A stretch of DNA of 64,000 nucleotides, from contig JAUCBJ010008237.1 in assembly GCA_032718475.1 (NCBI GenBank), positions 62,001-126,000 on the forward strand, given 5' to 3'. A program made the translations under genes and the position numbers. This DNA comes from Nemertoderma westbladi (taxonomy: Eukaryota; Animalia; Xenacoelomorpha). The notes beneath the pieces were generated by a model. It ran no database searches. It was not told where the DNA came from and saw nothing but the letters and a program-made list of their open reading frames with translations. Below, one piece after another: positions 25,529 through 37,903 of the stretch (its first letter is position 1; every line of letters begins with the position of its first letter).

Positions 25529-27073
25529 TGTGGGGCGAGACACGTAGTCGGCGAGCCTTGGCATACGGTTCATATAGGGCAAATGGGGCATGTCCGTCTG
25601 TCCTTCCGTCTGTCTGGTAAATGTTTGAACGCGAATTTCTCTGCATCGCTGGTTCGGAATTGAACCAAACTTAGTAGGTAAGTAGTAGAGAGAAAGTTTA
25701 GAAAGTTTGTAAAGTTTGGTGAAAAATCATGCAGTCTGACGTCAGCTACGACAGATTATGTGGTTTTTAGAAAATGTTAAATTTCTCGGGAACGCCTCAT
25801 TTTCCAGAGCTGAAATTTTGGTTGCTTGTAGAGAATCATAAAGTCTATCTTCTACGAAATTGAAAAGTTAAGACACTTAATTGGGGATCGGCTAGAGACT
25901 CCGAAGTAATGACATAGGCCTACCGGTACGGTACTGGCTGTACTGTACAAGTACGAAATTGCAGAATAATAATTTGAGACCACCTAGCGGATTAATATAC
26001 AGTATATAATTGTATATCGATCGTATACGGTACATTTTATAGCATGGGGTATAGAGTCCGAGCCACGTAGTTGGTGGAGCCTTTGCGAACTGACACTATC
26101 TCTTAGGGGGGTAGGTTAATTATGGCAAATAGTTCATTTAATAATGGTACTGTATGTCATCATCGTCGCTACGATTTTGACTTACTTATAACTTCGTCGG
26201 ATTTAAAGCTTTCGAGTCTAAAATTAGTAGGCATCAATAACTACCATAAGTTTTGTTTTTTAGGGACTTCCAGACACCATCAAATCCTCAGTCTCTCGCT
26301 AGAGGGCTACATGTCTAGATACTATATATCCTCACATTTTCTTTGCTTTAAACCCGTTCTAGTCCATGTACTGTATGAACCATTGTACTAGACCATTAAC
26401 TGTGTCATTCAAAGGAGTCTCACCTGTCTGCAGTTCTTTAGTCTGCCGCTAGAGGGCAAAATGTCTCAAAGTGCAATCACTGATTTAGCTGAAACATCAG
26501 ATATGTGCTAGAACAAGTCCGGTGTGTTTGCCGGGCTAGGAATCAGTCCGACCAGTTCCACCTCACCACTATTCCAGCTAGGTGTAATTATATAGGACAT
26601 GCAATAGTGTTTAGGCCCTAGAGTAATAAGCAGCTTGCTTATGGTTTATCTCGCAAAATGATTGGCTGAGTATTTAATGGAGATTCTTTAGAATAAATAT
26701 AGCTAAGTAATTTTGTTGTGACATCAACATGGTAATTTAATATTTCAGTATCAATACTAAAACGGCATAAGGTAAGTTATAATATTTCTTATAAATTGTT
26801 TCGCCTCCACACCTAAAATATATTACTTTTAAAACACCAATTTTCTGTTAATACCTGCCTGTGAACAATCCTCTGTGTACCTTTGGGTTGGGGTGCAGAT
26901 TAAGGGGGGGGGGGGGGGGGGGGGAGGGGGTTGAAAGCGAGCAACTTTCCCCTCTTATGATTTATTTGCGGTTTGGTTAATTTCTTAAATACAGATTTTG
27001 TGTTAGAATTGCTCAATTTTAATTTGTATCTCATAACTGAGCCTCGTGCTGCGCGAAGGCCCCACGAACGTGT
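25529..27073 (+). mobile_element. HINE-like repeat copy 3
   Basis: TGTGGGGCGAG start, TGTCCGTCTGTCC microsatellite at about 25591, and the same 3' terminus. Confidence 0.6.
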
Positions 27074-27278
27074 TTACGTTCGGTCGCACTCTGTCTTTCA
27101 CACACCTCTTTCCTATTACATTCCTCAAGCTCCCTTATGATATCGGCCTCCTCTACTTTGGATTTATCCATTATTTCCATGACCCGTCTTGCTGTTGTTG
27201 AAGTACCGGAAGGCCAATTTATATTCAAATAATCCAATTTATTTGAAGTAAAATCTGCCATTTGTAGAAGTCGCCTCT

Positions 27279-28296
27279 TGCGGGGCGAGCGACGAAAGTA
27301 AGCGAGCTTAGCATACAGTTACCACTAACTCAATCGGTGTGTCTGTTGTTCTGTTGTGTTCAATTTTAAATGTTAATAACTCAGGGAAATATCGATGAAA
27401 TCTATCCAAACTTGGTACACATGTTGTTTGGCAAAGGTTAAGAAATTTTCCAAGTTGAATTTACGTGTGACCTTCGAGAAGCTAAGATAATAGCAGTTAA
27501 TTAATTAAATTGAAATTAATTAAGTTGGTTAGGGTAAAAACAGCATTTTCAAGGATGTTCACAGCTTTTATTGGAAATTAATTATTTTATAGTATAAGAT
27601 ATAAATAATTATACTTAAAAGTTATACAGCTGTAATCCCCATACCCAATTCCATTATAGTTTTTAAATAGTTCAAGTGATTTGCTTTAAGAAATGTGTTT
27701 TTAATCGATCTAAACGTAATAAAGTCATCATAATGCCCTCTCGTCACTCTATACCCCCCTCATTCCCTGGCATACTACAGTAGCTATTGCCTATTAGTCG
27801 GAACCAGTCCAATCTAATCATCTCTTCACTACTTGGCAATGGGTAATTACATATATAGGACATGAGGCAGGCACTACTAGTGTAACTCATAAGCCAGCCT
27901 GCTTTATCTTGTATTCCTTAGAATCATTAGCTAAATAATTTCTTTGAGGTGTTAACATTATAAATTAATATTTCAGTATCAATACTATCGGCATAAGGGA
28001 AGTTATTACACCTTAAAATATATTACTTTTAAAACACAAATTTCCTGTTAATACTGCCTTTCATTAATCCTCTATCCTCCTTTGGGTTGGGGTGGGGTGG
28101 TGCAGATTAAGAATGGCGGTTGAAGCGAGGGAGGGAACTTTCCTCTCTTCTTTGATTTATTCTTATTGGCCGTTTGGTTATATTTCTTATTTATTTATTT
28201 AAATTTCTTAAGTACCGATTTTGGGATAGAATTGATCAAATTGAATTTGTATCTGATAACTGAGCCTCGTCCTGCGCGAAGGCCCCACGAACGTGT
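27279..28296 (+). mobile_element. HINE-like repeat copy 4 (uninterrupted, ~1 kb)
   Basis: TGCGGGGCGAGC start; colinear with copy 2 once the piggyBac is removed; same 3' terminus. Confidence 0.65.
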
Positions 28297-30116
28297 ATTA
28301 TTAAGTGACCCATGTGTTTGTGGAAAGAAAGTCAAATCTTTATTCCTGAAATGTCAGCAATAAATCTGTTAAAAAGCCAATTTTCTGGAATATTACCTGA
28401 ATATTTGTAATCCGGTAGTTTGGTAAACTGGGTGGTTACCATTAGTGTTAATCACTCCGCTAGAAAGTGTTGATCGTTCCTAAACCAAGGCATGCCACAC
28501 AAATTTTCTGAACATTTCGTCCCCGTTTCCCCATGTCACATTATTAGACACCCGCGATAAATACGTAGTTACACACTCTCAGAACACAATCAATTATAAA
28601 AGGTTAAATACTATTAATAGCCATTAGAGAAAACGAAAAAACGGCTACGTTTTTTGTTTGGTATATAAACTTAAATTGAATTTCAATAATTAAACTTTAT
28701 AGAAGAAATTCTATTGCTGTTCCGCACCGCTGGCTAACTAACTATATAATTTTATGGAGGCTGAACATTTTTTTTCCCGTCTACAACGATAAAAAATATA
28801 TTTATCATGTTTATGACTCAATCGTTACTTTTTGTTTCGGTGTATTTTAGCTACCGATATAATTCTCACATATAACCGATTACAAAAGAGACCTTAGACA
28901 ATAATTATAAATGAAACAATTAATAAAGTTCACACACAGAACGCCATTCAAATGAATAATAATATAAAACCCCAATATAAAGAAATATTCGCTTATTAGA
29001 TTACTAAGTGACGACACTAATAAAACTTGGAAAACATACAGAAACTAAGTATATACTGATTGAAATTCAGATATTATTTTTTTATCCATTCCCTAGACGT
29101 GTATACACTAAATACTAAATGTTTGAAATCCGCAAAATCAGTGACTAAAAGAAATATTTTCCTATTTTCATTATCATCATAAATCAATTATGACTCCACT
29201 GAGGGTAGAACCTAGAACCTACATCCCAGTTCAAAGCTATGCATATCAATATATTGTAAAGAATACACAGACACACACGAATTAGCAATATATAAATTTG
29301 AAATATTAACTAAATTTAACATTAACATTTTTCAATCCGGTATATATATCGCAAAAAATAAATAATTCTTGCTGGAAGTAGAAATGCTTGTGATGCACCA
29401 CAGAAATAAATATTTATTTTTTACGTTAAATTACGTTTTTATGGTTCCGTAGGCCTACTGGAAAAACCTTTTAGAAATCAAATAGCTATAATCAATACTG
29501 TATACTATTAAAATACAACAATAACAACAATAATTTAATTAATACTAAGTTAGGTTACATTCCTTAAAACTACAAACAACGACAGAAAATAGGGAGAAAA
29601 ACACAAATAAATGAGCGGCTTCATGCAAACTGATTTACCACCAAAAATAATTAACTGTTAGCAGAAGTATATCAAGTTACAGACATTATGAATTTTTAAT
29701 TATTTAAGATTAAACAACAAATAAACTTGTATTCAACCCCAATAAGTAAAAATAAGTTGGAGAACATTAAACAATTAAAATTGTTGTTGCGCCATAAACT
29801 TATATATATATTATGGGAAATAAACTGCCGATTTATATTTCAAAACTAACTAGAACTACTAAAGAACCAGCACCGTTGACACACACACACACACACACAC
29901 ATTGCTCACACAAACTCACTTATTATAGACACACTTTACGTGTTTTAATTCAGGATTCTAAGTAATAAAGTATTAATAGTAAGTCATAGATGAATTATTT
30001 CAAAGTTTTAAATCGATTTTTCTGTTACTGATAATTGTATTACTCTACGCAGTTCCCGTGTGCGCCGAACCCGCGCATGGCGTTGATTGCACAGCCACGC
30101 CAATTGGCAATCCGCA

Positions 30117-31415
30117 TCACAATTCTGTGTGATCGTGCTCGTGGTCGTCTAGAGTTTCATCCATATCGTCGGGAAGATCGAGTTCCTCCTCATCATCTTC
30201 CTCCTTCTCGTCCTCACCCTCTTTAGCTTTCCTCGCTTCCTCCTCCGCCTCTAACCGTTTACTCTCCTCGAGATCCTGACTCTCCTTCATCTTCTTCTCC
30301 CCGTCTCGGGTCGGTACGAAGGTCTCCTTGGCGAACTCGTTGGCGTAGGCGGGGTCATCGGAGACGAGAATGTTATCGAAGATGGTGCCCGACTTGACCT
30401 GCCAGAGGTCGAACCCGATGGCGCCGATGTCGGAGTATCGGTAGAGTTCCTTGTCTTCCGCGTAGTCGGGGTTGTCGATCTCCGGATGCACCCAGATCCC
30501 CTTGTAGTCGGGGTTCTTGACTTCCTTGGCCTTCCACTCTCCCTTGTAGTCGGGGTTCTCTATCTGCGCGGGTTCCCAATCACCATCCATGTCATCGTCC
30601 CAATCCTCCGGCTTCTTAGCTTCCGGATCCGGAATGTACTGCGGCTCCTCATCCCAATCCTCCGGTTTTTCGTCTTCCGCGTCAGCAATAAACTCCCTCT
30701 CATCCCAATCATCTGGCTTCTTGGCTGCGGGGTCTTTAATCTTTTTGGGCTGCAGGAAATCGAAGTCTTCCTCCAATGAGCCGCTCTCAACCTTTTTGTT
30801 ATCTATTTTCACCTGATACGTGTTATCCGGCTTCACGATCAACGTGTACAAGTGAGTGAACTCGTCATCTTTACCGGATAAGCTGATGTCGTTCTTCCTC
30901 AGTAAGTTTTTTCCTTTGTAGGTGAAGATGACGTGAACCTTTTTCGTACTGTAGCCGCAGATATCTGGGCCGAACATAATGTGGTAGGGCGAGTCACCTT
31001 CCAACGTCGGCTGATTCAACGACGACGGATACAACTTTATGTAACCGCCTCCACAATCGATCTTCTGCTCGTGTTTGGCCTGGAACTGGAGTACCAACGT
31101 TTTCCCTTCGTTATCAATCGGAGTTTCTAGCATTGACGATATTGCATAGAATCTAGCATCTTCGCTAGTCTGAATTCCCTTATCTAGCTCGGCGTCGTTG
31201 TAAAATTTCCCTGCCGTTAACTTGAAGACGCCCTGTTCGCTCCCTTTCTTGGTGGACTTAACCCATCGCTTCTCATAATCGTTGCCGTCAAGGAATTGTT
31301 CCTTAAAGTATATCGTAGGCTCCTTCTTCTCCGCTGTCTCAGTCTCCACAGCATCTTCCGCTAAATTTAGCGATACTGTAGTTAGAACTAATACAATTCC
31401 GAGTAACCGAATCAT
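30117..31415 (-). CDS. CALR: Calreticulin, 432 aa, single coding exon
   Basis: Signal peptide; family signatures KHEQKIDCGGGYIKL and IMFGPDICG; P-domain repeats (DPAAKKPDDWD, GEWK); DLWQVKSGTIFDN; acidic tail; ER-retention-like HTEL; no transmembrane segment, so not calnexin. Confidence 0.97.
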   Translation of the reverse strand: MIRLLGIVLVLTTVSLNLAEDAVETETAEKKEPTIYFKEQFLDGNDYEKRWVKSTKKGSEQGVFKLTAGKFYNDAELDKGIQTSEDARFYAISSMLETPIDNEGKTLVLQFQAKHEQKIDCGGGYIKLYPSSLNQPTLEGDSPYHIMFGPDICGYSTKKVHVIFTYKGKNLLRKNDISLSGKDDEFTHLYTLIVKPDNTYQVKIDNKKVESGSLEEDFDFLQPKKIKDPAAKKPDDWDEREFIADAEDEKPEDWDEEPQYIPDPEAKKPEDWDDDMDGDWEPAQIENPDYKGEWKAKEVKNPDYKGIWVHPEIDNPDYAEDKELYRYSDIGAIGFDLWQVKSGTIFDNILVSDDPAYANEFAKETFVPTRDGEKKMKESQDLEESKRLEAEEEARKAKEGEDEKEEDDEEELDLPDDMDETLDDHEHDHTEL

Positions 31416-33103
31416 TATTTAAAGTCTCAGATGAAATCGTGAAATATATTAAGGTAGACTAGAGTACCGTACCGTAACACACTTTAAATGTAACCGTAAC
31501 CTATACTGCTACACTATTACAGAACACTGAAATACAAAATAATCAATGCAGCAACAGAGCAAGGTGCTAAAAAATAAGGACAAATTAAATATAAAATAAT
31601 ACAGTAATAAGGACTACGGACTAGGGCAGAAGGACGTTGACTACAGATGCGCCGGTACTCGTTGGATACAGGGGACCCTCCTGAATGCAGGAATGCATGC
31701 ATCTTTCTGCATTTTTTTTTGCAATTTTCTGCTCTTTTGTTTTATCAAATCGTTTATTGTTTTGGTTCCTTGTGGCGTGGCTACCACTGTAACCTGCTCC
31801 TTTACTTTTCAATTTTGATTGTGATTTGGAGTGATTTATTGTGATTCTGAAATCAACATTCAGGAGGTGGGAGGGTCCCCTGAAGCCTACACCTACCCTC
31901 CCTACACTACGATTACTATTTACAGGTACCGTCTGACCGTACAGTACAATAGCATACGTTTGAATTGAATACTCATTGGCCTAATAATAATTAGGCCTAT
32001 AGGCCTACCTGTATACAAAAAAAATAAAGAAATGACGAACATGAAATTCGAACAAACAACCTGTCTTGCCTGCAAGCCGTCCGGGCAGCCGCCAGCCGGG
32101 TGCGCCGTCCATCTGTCCATATTTAAATACAGAAATAGGCCTACAAACAATCACTGAATCACACAATTCAAAATTCAACGTACAGACGTATTATCCACAC
32201 ACAATTTTCAGACTTTGGCACGAAATAAATATCGTATGTTGTATGTCGTAGGCCCACCCAGCCACAAAGCCAGAGGCCTATCCCCTACCTCAGTCAGTCA
32301 GTATCTACCATACAGCCATATGCCTGTATGCTGATATGTTTAGGGCAGTAGGGGGGAGGGCAGCTCAGCCTGTCAGCAGGTAGGGCAGTCTGGCAGTAGG
32401 CTGGTGCTGGGCTGGGCTGGTAGGGGTCCTATTACAATTACATTAGGCCTACAGTATTAAAATATCATGCTTTTCTTGTCTGCTTGTTGTTCCAGTCAGC
32501 CCGGTGCAAAATTTTTTTGTTCAAGTACATAATTGAATTGTTGACTCAGAAGCAGAAAAAATAGGCCTACAGCTGTATTCAGTATTGACTGATTGAGGCG
32601 CAGAAATATGCGATTGACAGATTGAAGACTGACTGACTGAAGTCAGGAAGTAGGCATTCAGTACCGGTACTTTGAAATCTGGCTGCGCTCTGCGCAGTAC
32701 ACTGGCAGACTGGCTGATTGTGGACTGGTACAGCAGTAGCAGAGTAGGATACCTAGGCAGATGCAGATAGGCCTACTGAGATACCGGTATGCCTACCGGT
32801 CTGCCGGTAGGTACCGGTAGTGGTATCAGGGTATAGGATAGGCTGATCTGCTGATGATAGGCCTACCGGTCTGCCGGTACCAAAAACCAACAGGACGAGG
32901 ACAGCAGGATGCTGGGATGTACGATATCGGCAAATACTGAAATAGGCCTACTCTGCTACTGTTGTACCGCAGTACTGTATACAGGTATAGGCTTCTGGGC
33001 TTACTGTAGCAAAACGATGCATTGCTGGCTTTATGTGGGTAAGCTACCAGTACTAGCTGACTGGCAGTTGTTGTAGTGCTGTAGTGATCTGGTGATGGTG
33101 GCA

Positions 33104-33122
33104 CATGGAACCTTCCTATTGG
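33104..33122 (-). promoter_or_regulatory. ERSE-like element upstream of calreticulin
   Basis: Minus strand reads CCAAT-AGGAAGGTT-CCATG; the ERSE consensus is CCAAT-N9-CCACG (one mismatch); 1.7 kb upstream of the ATG. Confidence 0.5.
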
Positions 33123-33290
33123 TCGGTTGACTTTAAAATCATGTTGTACAACCAGTCGTTTTGTTGGATGTAGGACACAATGCAAAATAATGATCTCATT
33201 CAAAACCGTTTACAACACAGCTGCTAGGCTTATGCAATTGTTTTCAAATGGAAATAACAGAAGGCTATGAAGCGCCGTTTACGCCAAAAC

Positions 33291-33692
33291 TATCTGAATA
33301 ATATTATACTCAATTATCTAAATTCTCGGCCGAGAATTTATAATTTTAAAAGTTGTAACGGCGGGAAATTTTATAATGTTATTTCCCCTTCCATTTGTAA
33401 TTAGCGTAATTTTGATTTGAGTTCTGCAGTTATACTGTACGTGTGGCATTTACGTATACGTGTCCGTGTAGTAGTGTTACAGTAGCAATATGATGGAGAT
33501 CTAGGTCTATGTACTGTAGGCCAAGGCCTACATGTACTATAGGTATACTGTAATTACTGTACAAAGAAAATACATTTTAAATTTCGAGGCGTTTCCACTT
33601 TTAAAACTTTCTCGGCCGAGAATTTAGATACATTTTAAGTATACTTTAATATTTTTTATTTATATAACTTGAGTATAATATTTATTCGGATA
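33291..33692. mobile_element. MITE-like element with terminal inverted repeats
   Basis: TATCTGAATAATATTATACTCAA / TTGAGTATAATATTTATTCGGATA, plus an inner inverted pair containing TTCTCGGCCGAGAA. Confidence 0.65.
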
Positions 33693-34244
33693 GCTGCAAG
33701 GCTGCGAGGTCTGTAACACCTTGCGTAAACCAAATCCATTTTAAAATACAGCTGAGAGCTACTGTACTTTTAGGGAGTCCAACACAAAGCTCAGGACACT
33801 TACAGTGTGGGAAGAGCGAACAATACTGTATTGCACTGTACTGTAAGGCTGAAAGACATATCAAAGTACAGTAGGTCAGTAAAATTTATTATACAAGGCC
33901 AACTAATCTATTGTTTTCTATAAAAAAAAATATTAAGAAACAAATAAAAAGTATGGAGCAACGTATTAGATTCAGAAAAATATAAAAATAAACAATTTAT
34001 TAAATTACGTTTGTAACAATGAGTTCATACATATCACATTGAAACTTTAGTGGAGGAAACATACCACATTAGCAGCTGTAAACTACAGTACGGCAATACG
34101 CCCCCCGCAGTATCCAAATGATGTTATAAACGAACCTGACTTTAGACTGGTTAGTTTTTGTCTTAAGCTAAAGCCGGCTAAAACACGATCACTTACTTGC
34201 ATGTATTGGAAAATTATAAACGCAACTATTTGTCATTGTTATCA

Positions 34245-34696
34245 AGTTGTTTAATATAAAAGTTGGGAACGATTCGATGCGCGATATTATATATGTGATA
34301 TAGATTATATTTGATATTATTAACATTAAAGAACGCGAAATTAAATACACACAACACGTTGACATCAGCTGGACAACATTTCACCACTAATTGTCAATTG
34401 GAATTACGTACATTAATTTTTGTTCTACTGTATCTATATTCAGTCAGTTAGTGTAAATGTCAAGCAGTACATCATTTATATATAGTATCTATAGGGCCTA
34501 TTGTTATTTATACTGTACATCGTTATAATGTCCGCAACTCAGGCTAAGCTCAATTGTAATCTAAAGAATTAGTGTAAATCTGGGACGTTTTTAACAGCTG
34601 TCGATTAAACAAACAAAACCGGAAAACTGAACCAGGGTGCCAGCCGGGTAGCAAGAGCTGTTGGGGAGATCCATGGAAGATTTCACAAACTTTCAA
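34245..34696. repeat. Dispersed repeat with an inverted copy at about 48777-49445
   Basis: GGGACGTTTTTAACAGCTGTCGATTAAA...GATTTCACAAACTTTCA matches the reverse complement at 48777-48900 and beyond. Confidence 0.75.
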
Positions 34697-37600
34697 TTGT
34701 ACAGCAGCTTACGTCTACGTCAGCAGACTGCACCGGTAGCCATCTGCTACAGTAAAGGCTACAACTACTAATCGTGTTGATGCTTTATTTTAAATATTAG
34801 TTGCAGTAAGTCCAAAGTTTGATGTGCTGTTTTTAATCAAAATAATTTCTAATGCCACTTATTTGCTACACACAATTGTTACAATGGTTGATTCTCTTGT
34901 CTTGATTTCCACGTATTCTACACCTAACTTCACTACAAAAACTAACTTGGAAAAGCCATTGTGCTTATTACGTCATTGCCGACTTTGCGAAGCTGTTCCC
35001 AACAAAAGTTATAATAATTATGCCTACTGTATGTCCTAAAAAAATATCCAAATCACCAGGTTTAGTATATTTTTAAAATTACGACACACTTTACTGAGAC
35101 ACATACTAAAACGACATGCACTGTACTGCTTATTGATACAGCCATACATTAATACCGTACTTAGAGTGATCTGGGGGAACGCCAAACAACTCACCACAAC
35201 TAAATATACTCCCTATTGAAAGACTAAACTTTGTCGAAACGGCAAAATTAATATGGGAGACCACAATAACAAAAAACAACCTTTTATTACCTCGCTGTTT
35301 CAGCAGACGTCAACGTCCACTATACACACTCAACACACGCTCAATAACAAACCAAAATTACTATATCAAACGGACTCGACTAGCACAAACTCGGAATCTC
35401 TCAACTATCACGTTGCCATTATTGTCTGAAACGTCAACACAAAATAAAATTGAAAGGATTGCATGAAAAAAACAGAATGTTTGGTAGGATAGGCTATCAT
35501 TAACTATTACATCCCCATATCCCCCCTCCCTCCAATTGACCGATGATAGGAGTTGGCTACACTGCAGTAGCTCACCACTACAGTCAACTCATATCAATGC
35601 ACCACTATTTTTTAGAGAAAACACAAGAAGAATAACAAAAATAATTGCATTTTTCTTTATCTGTGTTTTGTACATTATATTAATATTTAATATAATGTGA
35701 TAATATAATGTGATGTGACTGTCAACGCGAGAATAAATAAATAAAGAAAGATAAAATTAAACGTTATTTCGTGTAACAAACTGTCATTTGGATCACACTA
35801 ATAGCTATAATGTGTCTTATATAGTGTTTTTTTACACACAAATATGTTAGTAGGAGACGGTGTGGGGAGGGGGGGGGGGGGGGGGGTGCTTGATGCACAT
35901 CCTATCTCTCCGAATTAATATCGGTAATAGTGACGCGTTATTCTAACCAAAACAATAAACTGAAGACAATATAGTTTAACAGGTTAGGGTTTTATTTTTT
36001 GAACAATCGGATGTTATTTTGTATCGATTCCCCTGGAGATTAATTTTTATTGGGTAGGGAAGCCCACTACTTTCTACTGTAGTTACTGTACATATTTCAG
36101 TAGCAATAATGGATACGGTTGGCGTTCTTGTCGATATTACAGATATGGGGTGGGGGGGGGGGGGGGGGGGAATTGGACGCAATAAAAATTCATACCTCAC
36201 CAGGGGAAATTGAACGCAAATAACAGTTGATTACTCTCAAAAATAAAACTGTAACCTATTCTATCGTGTTTAGATTATTGTTTTGGTTAAAATAACGTGC
36301 CAATGTAATAATCTGCTCCTTTCCCTAAATTGAGAATTTAAATTGAGGCGGGATATTAATTCGCCAAGGCGAGATTTGCGTCGAGTTTTCCCCCCTATCT
36401 CCGATATTACAAACCTCGCTAGCGCTCGGATTTTAAATCGCCCTGCACCGCCAACCGTATAAAGTGCCAGATGGCTTTAACTAAATTGTTATTATTCTAT
36501 TCTGTAAATTTCTAACAAAGCAAAATTGTGTGTACTGTAGTGAGTAAGCTACAGTATAATATGCAGATTACTGTTAATATATCGCACATCACGGTAATGT
36601 TATACACCTCACGTCATTGTTGTTTGTCGGTATGAAAGTTTGACACGTGGCATCTCAAGTTCATTCTATCTGGGTACTTCGCTTGGCGACGGCTGTTGAG
36701 AGTTGGAATTTTATTGCTAGTAAATGTTATCGCATACACTCTATGTATACTGTACTGTACGTACAATACAGAGTATGTACTCGACTAGTGTGTAAATCTG
36801 GAAACAGATTTGTCAACTCCACACACGAGCAGTAGGCCTACAATATGTAGTATTATTGATTTTTTAAAATTGAATTCAAATGCGTAAGAGCTAATATCAA
36901 CAATACTTTACTAACTATTCACATCGTTTTGTCGTTGTTGGAAATACTGTACGTAGAAATTATGCTTGACAAAGTATACTCATGGGCTACTGAAATCATG
37001 TTTGAACTTCACAAAAACTAAAAGCATACGCTGGCTCTGTGATATCCTAAATATTACAGTGATTGTTGTGCTGATTAACTCTTAAATGCAGTATTTTTTA
37101 GCATACTCTGCATTTTAACTTTTTGGTATCTTTACAGTGTATTTTATATTTCAGTGCATTTTACGGAGTTTTATAATAGCTTCTTTAACGAACGGCCTTA
37201 ATTAATAGCCATATCCGTCTCGGATTAATAAACAATGCAACCATAGCAACGCAAAGCCTAACAACTTTTTAATTTATAGCTGTACTGTTGTAGAGTATGC
37301 AGACGATATAATAGGCCTATTATGGAGGAACAATTTATCGACCTTCCTATTATATGACCCCAATCTTACAATTCAACGTTTATTTAGCTAAAATATCTAA
37401 TGTTTGCGATAGTATAATAATAGTAAATATATATTTTAAATCACAAAAAAGAGCAGTGCATAGCTAGTGTTGCTCTATTTTGCCGTTGTGGTGCGTATTA
37501 TAGATATAAAGAGAAGGGTTCATGCCACCATAATATTCGTTATTTGTAATTTCAGGTTAAGTTGAGTTCTGTATGTAAGGAAGTATGCCAAGCATATCCT

Positions 37601-37903
37601 TGTTCTGAAATATTAACATTTTAAAACTATGTTCTAGAATGTTTGGAAATCAAATAGCCTCGCGTAGTTGCAAAAACACACAACTCTGTTACGCACCCCC
37701 CTATTACTCCAACTGTATTACGCAATCCCTCAACCAACTTGTTATTTATTCCCAAGTTAGGAATCCACGTGACGTCTCGTTTCCATCGTTACACATAATA
37801 AAGTAAGGACAAATAATAGCCGCGGTTCCACTGGTTTTGTATCGATGGGGACACGTTCTTCTAAAGCTGGTTAGACGAGTTTGAAAATGAAAATAAGAAT
37901 AAT

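Noticed and set aside
30373-31130. Overlapping ORFs within calreticulin
   Set aside because: Alternative-frame artefacts of a GC-richer CDS.
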